Of a stretch of DNA of 64,000 bases, positions 1 to 10,379 are shown in pieces. The notes under the pieces are model-generated. The model was not told the origin of the DNA. It was given only the letters and a program-made list of their open reading frames with translations, and ran no database searches. This DNA comes from Gemmatimonadota bacterium. Its GTDB lineage: Bacteria > Gemmatimonadota > Gemmatimonadetes > Palauibacterales > Palauibacteraceae. The stretch is from the NCBI GenBank assembly GCA_963666735.1, contig OY762926.1, positions 2,464,001-2,528,000 on the forward strand, given 5' to 3'. The translations under genes were made by a program, and so were the position numbers. Within the stretch, counting starts at the first letter, position 1, and each line of letters begins with the position of its first letter.

Positions 1-2
1 TC

Positions 3-1076
3 GGCATTTACACCGCCATCTTTCTCTCCGTCATCACCGCCTTCGTGAGCGCGGCCGCGATCATGTGGCTGGTCCGGGTCCTGTACGGATTCGATCTGAA
101 GAAGAGCTTCCCGCGCTGGGGCTGGCTCTGGACGGGTGTCTCGTTCTCGGCGATGTCCTACTTCGTGCTGTTCAAGGGTCTCCAGGGCGCCGCGATCCTC
201 GGTGAAGGGACGATGGCGATGCTCCGCGATCAGATCGTCCTGATCCTCGTGGGCGTGTTCGCGCTGTCGAGCGTGTTTGCGCTCGCGCTCCGGCATCGAC
301 CCAAGACGGTGGTCGGCGTCATCGTCCTCACGGGCACGGGGGCACTGTCCATGGCGTTCGCCGGGAACGATCTCGTCAACTTCATCGGACCCTCGGTGGC
401 GGCCTTCCAGGCGGTGCTCGTCGAGGGCGTCGACCTCTCGGGCCGGGTGCCGACGCCGCCCTGGGCGCTGCTGCTGGCGGGCATCATCATGGCTGTGGCG
501 CTCATCAGGTCCCGGAAGGCGCGGCGCGTGACGGACACGGAGATCCGGCTCGCCGCGCAAAGCCATACGCCGCAGCGCTTCCGCGACAGCAAGCTGGGCA
601 CGTCGATCGCGACGTGGGGGTACTCCGGCTTCCTCACGGCGCGGCGCCTCACGCCGCGCAGGATCCGGGCGCATATCGAAGAGCAGACCGCGCCGCCCCC
701 GCCGGACCCCCAGGATCCTCCGTACGACCTGCTTCGCGCCAGCGTGAATCTCACAGTCGCCGCGCTGCTCATTTCCATCGGGACCGCGAACAGGCTGCCC
801 CTGTCGACGACATACATCACGTTCATGGCCGCGATGGGCGCTTCGTTCGGAGACCGGACGTGGACCATGACGGACGGCGGCCAGCGCGTAACGGGCATCA
901 TGGTCGTACTCGGCGGCTGGCTCCTCACGGGACTCATCGCCGCGGCAGTCGCCTTCGTGATGGCTTCCCTGATCGTCCTCACGGGGACGGCCGGCCTGCC
1001 CATCGTCGCGGTGCTCGTCGCGGTCGGCATGTGGCGGCTCGGACGGGTCCGCCAGCCCGAGCCGGAGCACGGCTGA
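3..1076 (+). CDS. PiT/PHO4-family inorganic phosphate transporter (5' end outside window)
   Basis: Frame is open from the window edge. Many TM segments; motifs AFAGNDLVNFIG and LPLSTTYITFM are typical of PHO4-family transporters. Confidence 0.75.
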   Translation, partial: GIYTAIFLSVITAFVSAAAIMWLVRVLYGFDLKKSFPRWGWLWTGVSFSAMSYFVLFKGLQGAAILGEGTMAMLRDQIVLILVGVFALSSVFALALRHRPKTVVGVIVLTGTGALSMAFAGNDLVNFIGPSVAAFQAVLVEGVDLSGRVPTPPWALLLAGIIMAVALIRSRKARRVTDTEIRLAAQSHTPQRFRDSKLGTSIATWGYSGFLTARRLTPRRIRAHIEEQTAPPPPDPQDPPYDLLRASVNLTVAALLISIGTANRLPLSTTYITFMAAMGASFGDRTWTMTDGGQRVTGIMVVLGGWLLTGLIAAAVAFVMASLIVLTGTAGLPIVAVLVAVGMWRLGRVRQPEPEHG

Positions 1077-1180
1077 TCCCCTGCCCCGGCCGGCGCGGCG
1101 TCCGACCGCGTCGGCCGGGGGCCAGGACCGGCCGGCGCAGTCAGCCGCATCCGCCCGGCGTCAGTCCATCTCAGCCCATT

Positions 1181-1588
1181 TCAGCCCAGCAGGGCGTCGA
1201 CCGTCATCTCGTCCTCATCCATCGTGCCCCAGAGGACCATGGCGCCGGCGAAGATGATGATCGAGGGATAGAAGAGGACCTGCGATCCGTCGAGGACCCA
1301 GCCCCACGGATCGAGGATCGACTTCCACACGGCGAGCGCCGTGATGAGGAGGACGACGAACGTCACCGGGTAGGCCCGCTTCCTCCACAGGCCCGCCACC
1401 ACGAGCAGGCCGAGGAGGATCTCCAGACCGCCGAACACGTTTTGGACCACCGCCTGCGCACCGATCCCGAGATAGAAGCTCTCGGCGACGCGCTGTCCGT
1501 GCTCCACGTTCACGAACTTGTCGAGACCCCACATCACCAGCAGCCACCCCGTACTCACTCTCAGCAGCAACAGACCCCAGCGTTTCAT
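1181..1588 (-). CDS. DoxX-family membrane protein
   Basis: 135 aa with about 4 TM helices; LLLRVSTGWLLVMWGLDK and GGLEILLGLLVVAG patterns. Confidence 0.75.
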   Translation of the reverse strand: MKRWGLLLLRVSTGWLLVMWGLDKFVNVEHGQRVAESFYLGIGAQAVVQNVFGGLEILLGLLVVAGLWRKRAYPVTFVVLLITALAVWKSILDPWGWVLDGSQVLFYPSIIIFAGAMVLWGTMDEDEMTVDALLG

Positions 1589-1766
1589 GTCGGCCTCCGG
1601 ATTCCGGTGTCGCGGGACGTTCCTCGTGGCTTTCAGAGTGGTCCTCCGCCTCTGCGCGCGTCAATCGCGAGGGGGCGGCGGGTGTTTTGACGCAGGCGGC
1701 GGACGACTAATTTCCCTCCGCGTTGCCGGAGGCTCGAGTTCAAGGGGTCGGAAGGGGTCGGGACGA

Positions 1767-3617
1767 ATGGTGGTCGGTTCGAGAAGCAGGACAATCGGAG
1801 GCGTGGCGTGGCTGGCGCGCGCGGCGCTGGCGGTCGCGGTCGCGGGGTCTCTCCTCCCGGGCCGCGGCGTGGCGCAGCTTCCTCGACAGGGGGCGCCGGA
1901 TCTCGAGAAGGGGGACATCGCCATCGCCCTCGACCGCACCGCATACCTCGCCGGCGAGGCCGCGCAACTCGCGGTGCGCCTCACCATCGAGGCCGGCTGG
2001 CACACGAACAGCTACGAACCGACCTACGACTACCTGATCGCGACGGAGATCGACATCGAGGCGCCGCCCGACTGGCCGGCTCCGGAGTCGCCTCGCTATC
2101 CCCCCGGCGAGATGAGGCGCTTCGATTTCGCACCCACCGCCATCTCCGTGTACGAGGGCGAGATCTTCATCCGGACCGCGCTGACGACGCCGGCGGGAGC
2201 GGCGGCCGGCACGTACCCCATTCGCGCGAACGTCACCTACCAGGCGTGCGACGACAAGATGTGCCTCGCGCCGGTGACGACGCCGGCCACGGTGGGACTG
2301 ACGATCGCCGCCGGGGGTGAGGTCGCGAACCCCGAGTTCTTCGCGGCGGCGGAAACCCCGACGGGCGGGCGGGGATCGCAGCTCGGCGGCGCCGGACGCG
2401 GGCTTCTGTGGTTCGTGCTCCTCGGCTTCCTGGGCGGGCTGATCCTGAACGCGATGCCGTGCGTCCTTCCCGTGCTGTCGCTGAAGGTGTTCGGACTGAT
2501 GAAGAGCGCGGAGGGGGGCAGGCGCGCCCTCACGACGGGTAGCCTTGCCACGGCAGCCGGCATCATCCTCTCCTTCCTGCTGCTGGCGGGGGCGGCGATC
2601 GGGGCGCGCGCGGCCGGCGTCGCGGTGGGCTGGGGGATCCAGTTCCAGGAGCCGTTGTTCGTCGGAGCGCTCGCGGTCGTGATCCTGCTCTTCACGCTCA
2701 ACATGTGGGGACTGTTCGAGATCCACCTGCCGGGGTCGCTGGCGAAGGTGGGCTCGGCGGGTCCATCCGAGGGGCTCGCGGGCCACTTGGTGACCGGCTT
2801 TTTCGCCACGCTGATGGCGACCCCCTGCTCCGCTCCCTTCCTGGGGACGGCGCTGGGCTTCGCGCTCACGCAGGATTCGGGCACGACGGCCGCCATGTTC
2901 GGCGCGATCGGGACGGGCATGGCCTCCCCGTATCTGCTCCTGGCGGCGTTCCCGGCGGCGGGGCGCGTGCTGCCGCGGCCGGGGCCGTGGATGGCGACCT
3001 TCCGCGTCGTGATGGGGTTCCTGCTCGCGGCGACGCTCGTGTGGCTCCTGTTCGTGATGTCGGGCCTCGTGTCGGCGCCGCGCGTGGCCTTCTTCGAGAT
3101 CGGCCTGCTCGCCGTGGCCCTCGCGATCTGGCTCGCGAGCCGGTCGCGGCGCGGCCAGGCGGCGCGCCGCCTCGCCGGCGTCGCCGCGGCGGCGCTGATG
3201 GTCGTGTCCGTCTCCACGGTGGCCGCGGGGCGATCCGAAGCGGGGCCCTCGACGATCGGTGTCGCGCCGGAGAATCGCCTCATCGCTTGGCAGCCCTTCG
3301 ACCGCGAGCGGGCCGAGGGACTCGCCGCCGAGGGCAGCTACGTGTTCGTCGACGTGACGGCGGACTGGTGTTTCACCTGCAAGGTCAACGAGACGCTCTT
3401 CCTGGAGACCGAGGAGGTGGCCGGGGCGTTCGAGCAGCACGGCGTCATCGCCATGCGGGCCGACTGGACCCGCCGCGACGAGTCGATCGGCCGCTACCTG
3501 GCCGACTTCGGCCGCTACGGCATCCCCTTCTACGTGCTCTACCGGCCGGGCGGGGAACCCCACGTCTTCTCGGAGTTGATCTCGAAGTCCGCGATCCTCG
3601 ACCTGCTCGGGGACTAG
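1767..3617 (+). CDS. dsbD: DsbD-like protein-disulfide reductase
   Basis: N-terminal QACDDKMC domain, TM domain with MPCVLP and TPCSAP, C-terminal thioredoxin WCFTC. ATG at 1767 chosen ahead of the signal peptide. Confidence 0.85.
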   Translation: MVVGSRSRTIGGVAWLARAALAVAVAGSLLPGRGVAQLPRQGAPDLEKGDIAIALDRTAYLAGEAAQLAVRLTIEAGWHTNSYEPTYDYLIATEIDIEAPPDWPAPESPRYPPGEMRRFDFAPTAISVYEGEIFIRTALTTPAGAAAGTYPIRANVTYQACDDKMCLAPVTTPATVGLTIAAGGEVANPEFFAAAETPTGGRGSQLGGAGRGLLWFVLLGFLGGLILNAMPCVLPVLSLKVFGLMKSAEGGRRALTTGSLATAAGIILSFLLLAGAAIGARAAGVAVGWGIQFQEPLFVGALAVVILLFTLNMWGLFEIHLPGSLAKVGSAGPSEGLAGHLVTGFFATLMATPCSAPFLGTALGFALTQDSGTTAAMFGAIGTGMASPYLLLAAFPAAGRVLPRPGPWMATFRVVMGFLLAATLVWLLFVMSGLVSAPRVAFFEIGLLAVALAIWLASRSRRGQAARRLAGVAAAALMVVSVSTVAAGRSEAGPSTIGVAPENRLIAWQPFDRERAEGLAAEGSYVFVDVTADWCFTCKVNETLFLETEEVAGAFEQHGVIAMRADWTRRDESIGRYLADFGRYGIPFYVLYRPGGEPHVFSELISKSAILDLLGD

Positions 3618-5410
3618 CGGGCGGCGGCGATCCGGTCGAGGAACCCCGCCACGTCGAGAAGCACGATGTCGTCGCGCTGCCGGAGTTCGCGGAGGAACGG
3701 CCCCTTGTGTCCCGCTCCGTAGGTGAGGAGGAAGCGGACGCCCTCCCCCCGGTGACGGTCCAGCCCGTCCTCGATGTACGCCCAGTGCGAGGCATTGATC
3801 GCCTCCCAGCCTCCGGGACCCAGATCCGCGTCGAACAGGCGGGCGTACGTCCGCATCCGGATGTCGTAGGCCTCATCGTAGGCATCGGTGTGGATCCAGC
3901 GCGGGTCGTCCGCCGCGCCCGCGGCGAGCGCGTCGGCTGAAGCCTCCGCGGCGGCGCGGTACTCCGCCCATCCTTCGGCCCGGGCCAGGTCCCGCGAGTA
4001 GGCGTCGAGATAGGCGGCGCGGAAGTCCGACATCGGCTCCGTCCACCCCGCGGTGGGGATGACCTCGAAGTCGAGTTCGCGAGAGAGGGGGAAGAGTCCC
4101 TCCATGTACTCGGGGAAGCGGCGGACCCGCGGCTCCTCGACCGTCCCGGTGGCTTCGAACTCGGCCCACGCCCGGTCCCAGCGGTTGGGCGGGATCTCCG
4201 TCATCCAGTAGTCCGGATCGATCTGGCGCACCAGGTCGCGGACGACCTCGAGGCTGAACATCTCGCTGGTTTCGTGGCCCGAGTGGATCATCCCCACCAC
4301 GACAACTTCGTTTAACACCCCTGCTCCCTCGCGGGAAGCCGGCGACTCGGCGGGGGCCGCGGGCGGCATGGCGGCCGGCAGCAGCTCGACCAGCGTGCCG
4401 GAAACTTCGTTGGCCACGAACACGCGCTCGCCGTCCGGGTGCGCGCGCAGGACGATCGGCTGATCCCCAACCTCCAGCCGCTGGACGACGGCGCGGGACT
4501 CGAGGTCGACGACGGAAACGGTGCTGCCGCCCGCATTGTTGACGAGCGCGTAGCGACCATCGCCGGGTACGACGACCGAGAACGGGCGGGGTCCGAGACC
4601 CTCCGACACGCGGCCCGTGATCGCGAAGGACGCGGTGTTGATGAAGGCCACTTCGTCCGATCCGCCGCAGGCGACGACGTACGTGACCTGGTCGGGCGTG
4701 AGCGCCCCCCCCGGCGGGCCCGGACACGCCTCGACGGTGGCGTCCGTTTCCCCGTTCAGGAGGTCGATGACGGAGACCGTCCCGGCATCGAGGTTGGGCA
4801 CGAAGGCGTAGGACCCGTCCCACATCACGTCCGCCGGATAGGGGCGATCGCCCGTGGCATGGAACGCCCGCGGCGCCCCCTCGCGCGTGTCCACCGTCCA
4901 CAGCCGGTCCGAGAACTCGGTCGTGATCCAGGTCTCTCCGCGCACGGTCCCGGGCGTGAATAGCGACGGACCCGCCCCGACGCCCCACACGGCGCCGGGG
5001 ACGATCCGGCCCTCGTCGTCGAGCCGGATGAGCGTCGAATCCCGGAACTGGCTCACGAGCCAGCCGCCGTCGACGCGGACGAGGTCGAGCGGCGTGTCCC
5101 CGGCTTCCCAGCGCGCCACGACGGCGGCCTCGGAGAGGTCCACGACCGCGATCCGCCCTTCGCCGCTCAGGGCCACCCAGGCGGTGTCCCCATCCGGACT
5201 GAACCGGATGCCGTGCGGGGCTTCCCCCACCTCGATCGTCGCGCCGATGCGGTAGGGAGCGTCGGCCGCGCCGGCTTCGCCCGGCGACTCGCTGCAGGCG
5301 GCCACCCCCATCGCCAGCGCGGCCACTGCCGGCGCCCGCGCGAGGACCGCGACCCGTGGGCCGGCGTTCGCGGTCCGGGGGCGGCGACGGCGCGGGCGGG
5401 GCGTCTCCAT
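3614..5410 (-). CDS. YVTN/YncE-type beta-propeller lipoprotein with extra C-terminal domain
   Basis: Lipobox-like VAAC; repeated GTVSVIDL / GxxP blades; Pro/Ala linker followed by a distinct ~230 aa domain. Confidence 0.7.
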   Translation of the reverse strand: METPRPRRRRPRTANAGPRVAVLARAPAVAALAMGVAACSESPGEAGAADAPYRIGATIEVGEAPHGIRFSPDGDTAWVALSGEGRIAVVDLSEAAVVARWEAGDTPLDLVRVDGGWLVSQFRDSTLIRLDDEGRIVPGAVWGVGAGPSLFTPGTVRGETWITTEFSDRLWTVDTREGAPRAFHATGDRPYPADVMWDGSYAFVPNLDAGTVSVIDLLNGETDATVEACPGPPGGALTPDQVTYVVACGGSDEVAFINTASFAITGRVSEGLGPRPFSVVVPGDGRYALVNNAGGSTVSVVDLESRAVVQRLEVGDQPIVLRAHPDGERVFVANEVSGTLVELLPAAMPPAAPAESPASREGAGVLNEVVVVGMIHSGHETSEMFSLEVVRDLVRQIDPDYWMTEIPPNRWDRAWAEFEATGTVEEPRVRRFPEYMEGLFPLSRELDFEVIPTAGWTEPMSDFRAAYLDAYSRDLARAEGWAEYRAAAEASADALAAGAADDPRWIHTDAYDEAYDIRMRTYARLFDADLGPGGWEAINASHWAYIEDGLDRHRGEGVRFLLTYGAGHKGPFLRELRQRDDIVLLDVAGFLDRIAAAR

Positions 5411-5418
5411 CCGGCGGA

Positions 5419-6723
5419 TCAGCCCTCTTCCTGCTGCATTGTCCCGGCGACCTCCTCGGCGGCGCGCCAGATGCGGAGCGTATTCCCGCCCCAGAGCTGC
5501 CGGATCTCATCCTCGGAATAGCCCCGTCGCACGAGTTCGATCGTGATGTTGAGCGTCTCCGAGGCATCGCTCCACCCGTCGATCCCGCCGCCACCGTCGA
5601 AGTCCGAGCTGATCCCGACGTAGTCCAGGCCGACCAGGTTGACCGCGTAGTCGATGTGGTCGACGAAATCCGCCACGTTGACCGCCGGGTAGCGCGACCG
5701 GATCTCGGCCATCCCGTCGCGGAAGGCGACGCGCTGCTCGTCCGTCATCTGTGAGAAACTTGTGAAGCCGATCGACTCGCGGAGCGCGGTCACTTCCGCC
5801 TGCTGTTCCCCGGAAGGCGACTTCACGAACGCACCCAGCGCCACGGTCTGGATCACGCCTCCGTTCTCGCGCAGGGCGTAGAGCTGCTCGTCGTCCATGT
5901 TGCGGGGATGGGGGTTCACCGCGTGGGCGCCGGAGTGCGACGCGATGACCGGAGTCTCGGAGAGTTGCATGGCCTCGAGGCTGGCCGCCTTCGAGATATG
6001 GGAGACATCGACCATGATCCCGAGCCGGTTCATCTCGGCGATCACTTCTTCGCCGAAGTCGCTGATCCCCCCGTTTTCTTCGGGCGTGTCGCCGTAGGCG
6101 AAGTTGGGCTGCGCAGAGTCTGCGATGTCGTTGTTCCCGTTGTGGGCCAGTGTGATGTAACGCGCCCCGAGTTCGTGGTACGTCTCGAGGAGCGAGAGAT
6201 CCTTCCCGATCACGTAGCCGTTCTCGATCCCGATCGCCGCCACCAGCCGACCCTCCGCATGTATGCGCTCCACGTCGTCGGCCGTGTACGCGAGGCCAAT
6301 CCGGTCCGGATACATCTCGTTCGCCATGCGGTGGATCGCCTCGAACTTCGTCATCGCACCCTGCTTCGCAGCCTCGTAGTTCTCCGGCGTGCGATCGGTC
6401 TGGCCCACGTAGACGATGAAGAAGCCGACATCGAGTCCGCCGGCCCGCATCTTCTCGAGGTTCACCTGCCGGTCCGCATTCAGCGGATCGACCTCTGGCG
6501 TTGCGAAGTTGTAGGGGATGTCGTCGTGCGTGTCGATCGTCAGTACGCTCTCGTGGATCTCCCGCGCGCGGCGCTCGATTTCCGCCTCGTCCATGGGGCT
6601 TTCATCTCCCGCGGCGGCCTCCCCGTCGTCCGGCAACTCCCCGCAGCCGGTGGCGAGGAACGGGACAAGGGAAAGGAACAGAGCGGGCAGGAGGACTTGG
6701 TGCGGGCGGGCGGGCTGTCTCAT
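5419..6723 (-). CDS. Membrane dipeptidase (peptidase M19)
   Basis: DTHDD, GIENG, VDVSH, IASHS and SDFDGGG motifs. Real start at ATG 6723 (MRQPA..., lipoprotein signal), not the extended ORF start. Confidence 0.9.
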   Translation of the reverse strand: MRQPARPHQVLLPALFLSLVPFLATGCGELPDDGEAAAGDESPMDEAEIERRAREIHESVLTIDTHDDIPYNFATPEVDPLNADRQVNLEKMRAGGLDVGFFIVYVGQTDRTPENYEAAKQGAMTKFEAIHRMANEMYPDRIGLAYTADDVERIHAEGRLVAAIGIENGYVIGKDLSLLETYHELGARYITLAHNGNNDIADSAQPNFAYGDTPEENGGISDFGEEVIAEMNRLGIMVDVSHISKAASLEAMQLSETPVIASHSGAHAVNPHPRNMDDEQLYALRENGGVIQTVALGAFVKSPSGEQQAEVTALRESIGFTSFSQMTDEQRVAFRDGMAEIRSRYPAVNVADFVDHIDYAVNLVGLDYVGISSDFDGGGGIDGWSDASETLNITIELVRRGYSEDEIRQLWGGNTLRIWRAAEEVAGTMQQEEG

Positions 6724-6840
6724 CTTCAACTCCTCGTCGGATCCGGGCGGACGTGGCGCAAGCTCGTCCGCGTCCCGGCGAGGCGCAACGCGGGGTCGAG
6801 CCCCGCGAACTTCTCGAGCCCCGGAGGACGGACGAACGTG

Positions 6841-7740
6841 ATGGACGCTTGGAAGGTGCCCGGCCGGCTGCCTCGCCCGGCGCTCGTCGCGCTGGTGGCG
6901 CTCGGGTGCGGGGACGCCACGGGTCCCGAGCCGCCCGCAGCGGGTGAGATCGTCTTCACGGCGATCCGCGAGCAATACATGCGCATCTGGGTGGCGAACG
7001 TCGACGGGACGGGACAGAGGCCCCTGACGGAGGAGGGCGAAACGAACCTCGAGCCCAGCTGGACGCCGGACGGGTCGGGGATCGTGTTCACGAGCTGGCT
7101 CGACGGAAACCCCGACATCTTCCTGATGGACGCGGACGGCTCGAACTGGAGGCCCGTGACCCGCGACACGGCGTACGATCGGTCCGGGCGCCTGTCTCCG
7201 GATGGGACTCGCGTGGTCTTCGTCTCCGAGCGGACGGGCGATCCGGACATCTGGGTCATCGACGTGGACGGATCGAATCCGGTCAACCTCACGCGGAACC
7301 CATCGTCGTTCGACGTGGACCCGGACTGGTCGCCGGACGGCACGCGGATCGTCTTCGCGTCGGACCGCGACGGGGGCCGGCGGTTCTCGCTTTGGACGAT
7401 CGGGGCCGATGGGACGGGGCTCTCGCGGCTTCCCGTCGAGGGCGGGGCGCGTTCGCCCACCTGGTCGCCGGATGGATCGCGGATCGCCTTCACCTCCTAC
7501 CGGGACATCGACGACGCGGAGATCTACGTGATGCGGGCGGATGGCAGCGGCCAGACGAATCTCTCCGGACGCGCCGGAGTGGACGAACTGCCGCGCTGGT
7601 CGCCCGACGGGGAGTACATCGTGTTCTCGACGAAACGGGACGGGAACTCCGAGATCTACGCGATGCGGGCGGACGGATCGGGGCCGGTCAACATCACGCG
7701 CAACCCGCGCTGGGATGCCATGGCCGCTTGGAGGCCGTAG
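6841..7740 (+). CDS. TolB-like PD40/WD40 beta-propeller lipoprotein
   Basis: Repeated PxWSPDG..I.F.S.R.G blades; lipobox ALGC; ATG at 6841. Confidence 0.85.
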   Translation: MDAWKVPGRLPRPALVALVALGCGDATGPEPPAAGEIVFTAIREQYMRIWVANVDGTGQRPLTEEGETNLEPSWTPDGSGIVFTSWLDGNPDIFLMDADGSNWRPVTRDTAYDRSGRLSPDGTRVVFVSERTGDPDIWVIDVDGSNPVNLTRNPSSFDVDPDWSPDGTRIVFASDRDGGRRFSLWTIGADGTGLSRLPVEGGARSPTWSPDGSRIAFTSYRDIDDAEIYVMRADGSGQTNLSGRAGVDELPRWSPDGEYIVFSTKRDGNSEIYAMRADGSGPVNITRNPRWDAMAAWRP

Positions 7741-7859
7741 TGTCGCCGCCTCGTGCGACGCGAACATCCTTGAGCCGTGAAACCCCGCAGGCTACGTTGT
7801 TGTTGCGTTATGTGGCGACGAGCCATCACCTAACGATACTACGCGGGAGCTGCCCCACG

Positions 7860-8084
7860 ATGGATCGCATCGCGCGAGCGTTGAAGAACTACGCAGCGAG
7901 ACGATTCCCTTCGTACAACTCACCCCCGCCGCCTCTTCGGCGACGAGCGGCTGCCGTTTCGGATTCCGCCGCGGTCATGCGTGACCTCTACGTGGTTATG
8001 AACGATCTCAAGATCGCGACGCGACGCGCGATGAAGCGCCACGACTACGAACCAGAGCAGGTGGAGCTTTTCTCGGAACCGTGA
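7860..8084 (+). CDS. Small hypothetical protein (74 aa)
   Basis: ATG 7860 preceded by GGGAG; stop overlaps a GTG at 8081. Confidence 0.4.
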   Translation: MDRIARALKNYAARRFPSYNSPPPPLRRRAAAVSDSAAVMRDLYVVMNDLKIATRRAMKRHDYEPEQVELFSEP

Positions 8085-8351
8085 GCCGGGAAGACGAAGT
8101 CGGCCAAGACCTGCCTGACAGCCTGAGCGATACCGCTCTCCCCGAAACACTCCCGCCGGTCTCGCGGCCTGGGGGATCGAGGGCGCACTGATGCTTGTAT
8201 CTCGGATCCTCGCCCACTTGCAGCAACGACAACCGCGAGAATCGACACAACAGGTGGGCACCGTGAACGTCGGAGATGTGCAGATAAACCAACAAGTCGA
8301 TCGGTGAGGGATCGAAAGGTCCTACCGCACCAGCCAAACAGGAAGCCGCAA

Positions 8352-10061
8352 ATGCCCATGCGCGACGTAGCCACGACTCTTGTCCTCGGCGTACTTCCCG
8401 TGACCGCCGCCGGCTGCGGCACCGCGGACGCGGAGAGCCTGGGGAACTCGTCAAGTCAGGAGGCCGCGATGAATGCTCCGGGGTCCATGGCGGGGCGGTC
8501 GACCGTCTACGCTCCGAACGGGATGGTCGCGACGAGCCAGCCCATGGCGTCGAGCGTCGCGCTCGGCGTGCTGCGCGACGGCGGCAACGCCTTCGATGCG
8601 GCAATCGCGGCCTCGTCCGTGCTCTCGCTCGTCGAGCCGCACATGACCGGGCTGGGCGGTGACCTGTGGGCGCTCTTCTGGTCCGCGGAGGAGGGCCGGC
8701 TCGTGGGCCTGGACGCGACGGGCCGGGCCGGCACGAACATGACGCCGGAGCGGATCCGGGCCGACGGATTCGACCGCGTGCCGGGCTCGGGACCGGGGGC
8801 GGTGACCGTGCCGGGCGCGATCGCGGGCTGGGGCGCCCTCAACGAGAAGTACGGCAGCCGTCCGCTCGCCGAACTCGTGGCGCCGGCCATCGCGCTGGCC
8901 GAGGAGGGCTTCCCCGTCACGCCGATCATCGCGGGCCAGTGGCGGGGGCAGTTGAACAAGCTGCAGGCCGACCCCGGGGCCGCCGCGACCTACCTGATCG
9001 ACGGTGAGCGGGCACCCGAAGCGGGTGAGTGGCTCCGGAACCCCGACTTCGCTCGCTCGCTCCGCACGATCGCGGCGGAAGGCCCGTCCGCCATGTACGG
9101 CGGAGCGCTGGGCACGCGCGTGGCCGAGGGACTGGCCGAGCTCGGCGGATACCTGACCCCGGCCGACATGGCGGCGATGGAGGTGCGCTGGATCGAGCCG
9201 TTGTCGATGGACTACAAGGGCTGGACGATCTGGGAGCTGCCACCGGCGGGCCAGGGAGTCGCCGCCCTCCAGATGTTCGGGATGCTCGAGCCGTTCGACC
9301 TCGCGAGCATGGGGCACAACTCGCCCGAATACCTGCACCACCTCATCGAGGCCAAGAAGGTCGCCTTCGCGGACCTGGCCCGGCACGTCGCGGACGCCGA
9401 CCACATGGAGATCGACCCGAAGCAACTCCTCGAGCCCGACTACCTCGCGGCGCGCCGGGCGCTCATCAACCCGGCCGGGGCCGCCGAGCGGATCGAGCCG
9501 GGCGAGTTCGCGACCGCCACCGAGACGATCTACCTCTCCGTCGCGGACCAGTACGGGAACATGGTCTCCTTCATCCACTCCATCTACGGCGCGTTCGGTT
9601 CAGGCGTGGTCGTGCCGGGGACGGGCTTCGTGCTACAGAACCGCGGCGCCGGCTTCACGCTCGAGGACGGGCACCCGAACCAGGTCGCGCCGGGCAAGCG
9701 GCCCTTCCACACGCTCATCCCGGGGTTCGTGACCCGCGACGGAGAGCCGTTGATGGCGTTCGGCGTGATGGGCGGGTCGATGCAGCCGCAGGGGCACACG
9801 CAGGTCGTGCTCAACATGGTCGAGTTCGGGATGGACCCTCAGCAGGCGATCGACGCGGCCCGCTTCCGCCACATGGGCGGGCTGCGCGTCGCGGTCGAGC
9901 GGCTGACCGGCGGACTCGCAAACGACATGAGCGCGCTCGGCCACGAACTCGTGGACTGGGAGAGCGCCTCCTTCGGCGGCGGCCAGCTCGTCATGAAGCT
10001 CGAGCGCGGCTGGGCCGGCGCGTCGGACCCGAGGAAGGACGGCCTCGCCATCGGCCACTGA
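8352..10061 (+). CDS. ggt: Gamma-glutamyltransferase
   Basis: GGNAFDAAIA, catalytic Thr in ETIYLSVAD, and PGKRPFHTL, GVMGG and GASDPRKDG motifs. Confidence 0.93.
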   Translation: MPMRDVATTLVLGVLPVTAAGCGTADAESLGNSSSQEAAMNAPGSMAGRSTVYAPNGMVATSQPMASSVALGVLRDGGNAFDAAIAASSVLSLVEPHMTGLGGDLWALFWSAEEGRLVGLDATGRAGTNMTPERIRADGFDRVPGSGPGAVTVPGAIAGWGALNEKYGSRPLAELVAPAIALAEEGFPVTPIIAGQWRGQLNKLQADPGAAATYLIDGERAPEAGEWLRNPDFARSLRTIAAEGPSAMYGGALGTRVAEGLAELGGYLTPADMAAMEVRWIEPLSMDYKGWTIWELPPAGQGVAALQMFGMLEPFDLASMGHNSPEYLHHLIEAKKVAFADLARHVADADHMEIDPKQLLEPDYLAARRALINPAGAAERIEPGEFATATETIYLSVADQYGNMVSFIHSIYGAFGSGVVVPGTGFVLQNRGAGFTLEDGHPNQVAPGKRPFHTLIPGFVTRDGEPLMAFGVMGGSMQPQGHTQVVLNMVEFGMDPQQAIDAARFRHMGGLRVAVERLTGGLANDMSALGHELVDWESASFGGGQLVMKLERGWAGASDPRKDGLAIGH

Positions 10062-10089
10062 CGGGGCGGCCCTGGGCTCGCGCCCTGGG

Positions 10090-10379
10090 CTATCCGGCCG
10101 CGCGGGGCATTTCGGCAGGTAGCGGACGTTCTCTCGCTACATCCAGATCGTAACCCGCTGGAGATTGAGCCAGAACCGCGCCGACGGGCCGAAGTAGTGC
10201 GACAACCGCAAGGCGGTGTTGGCGGTGATCGCGCGCCTGCCATGGACGATCTGGTTGATGCGGCCGGGAAGCACGCCTATGTCGGTGGCCAAACGATATT
10301 GGCTGATTTCCATTGGATCGAGGAATTCTTCCAGCAGCACTTCGCCGGGGTGCGCGGGCGGCATCCTTGCCGGCGTCAC
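10090..10379 (-). pseudogene. higA: HigA-family antitoxin, frameshifted near the 3' end; no higB upstream
   Basis: HPGEVLLEEFL...ITANTALRLSHYFG..FWLNLQ. The conserved YDL tail (GYDLDVARE...) continues in another frame after a 1-nt loss at ~10157 and ends at TAG 10090. Confidence 0.75.
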
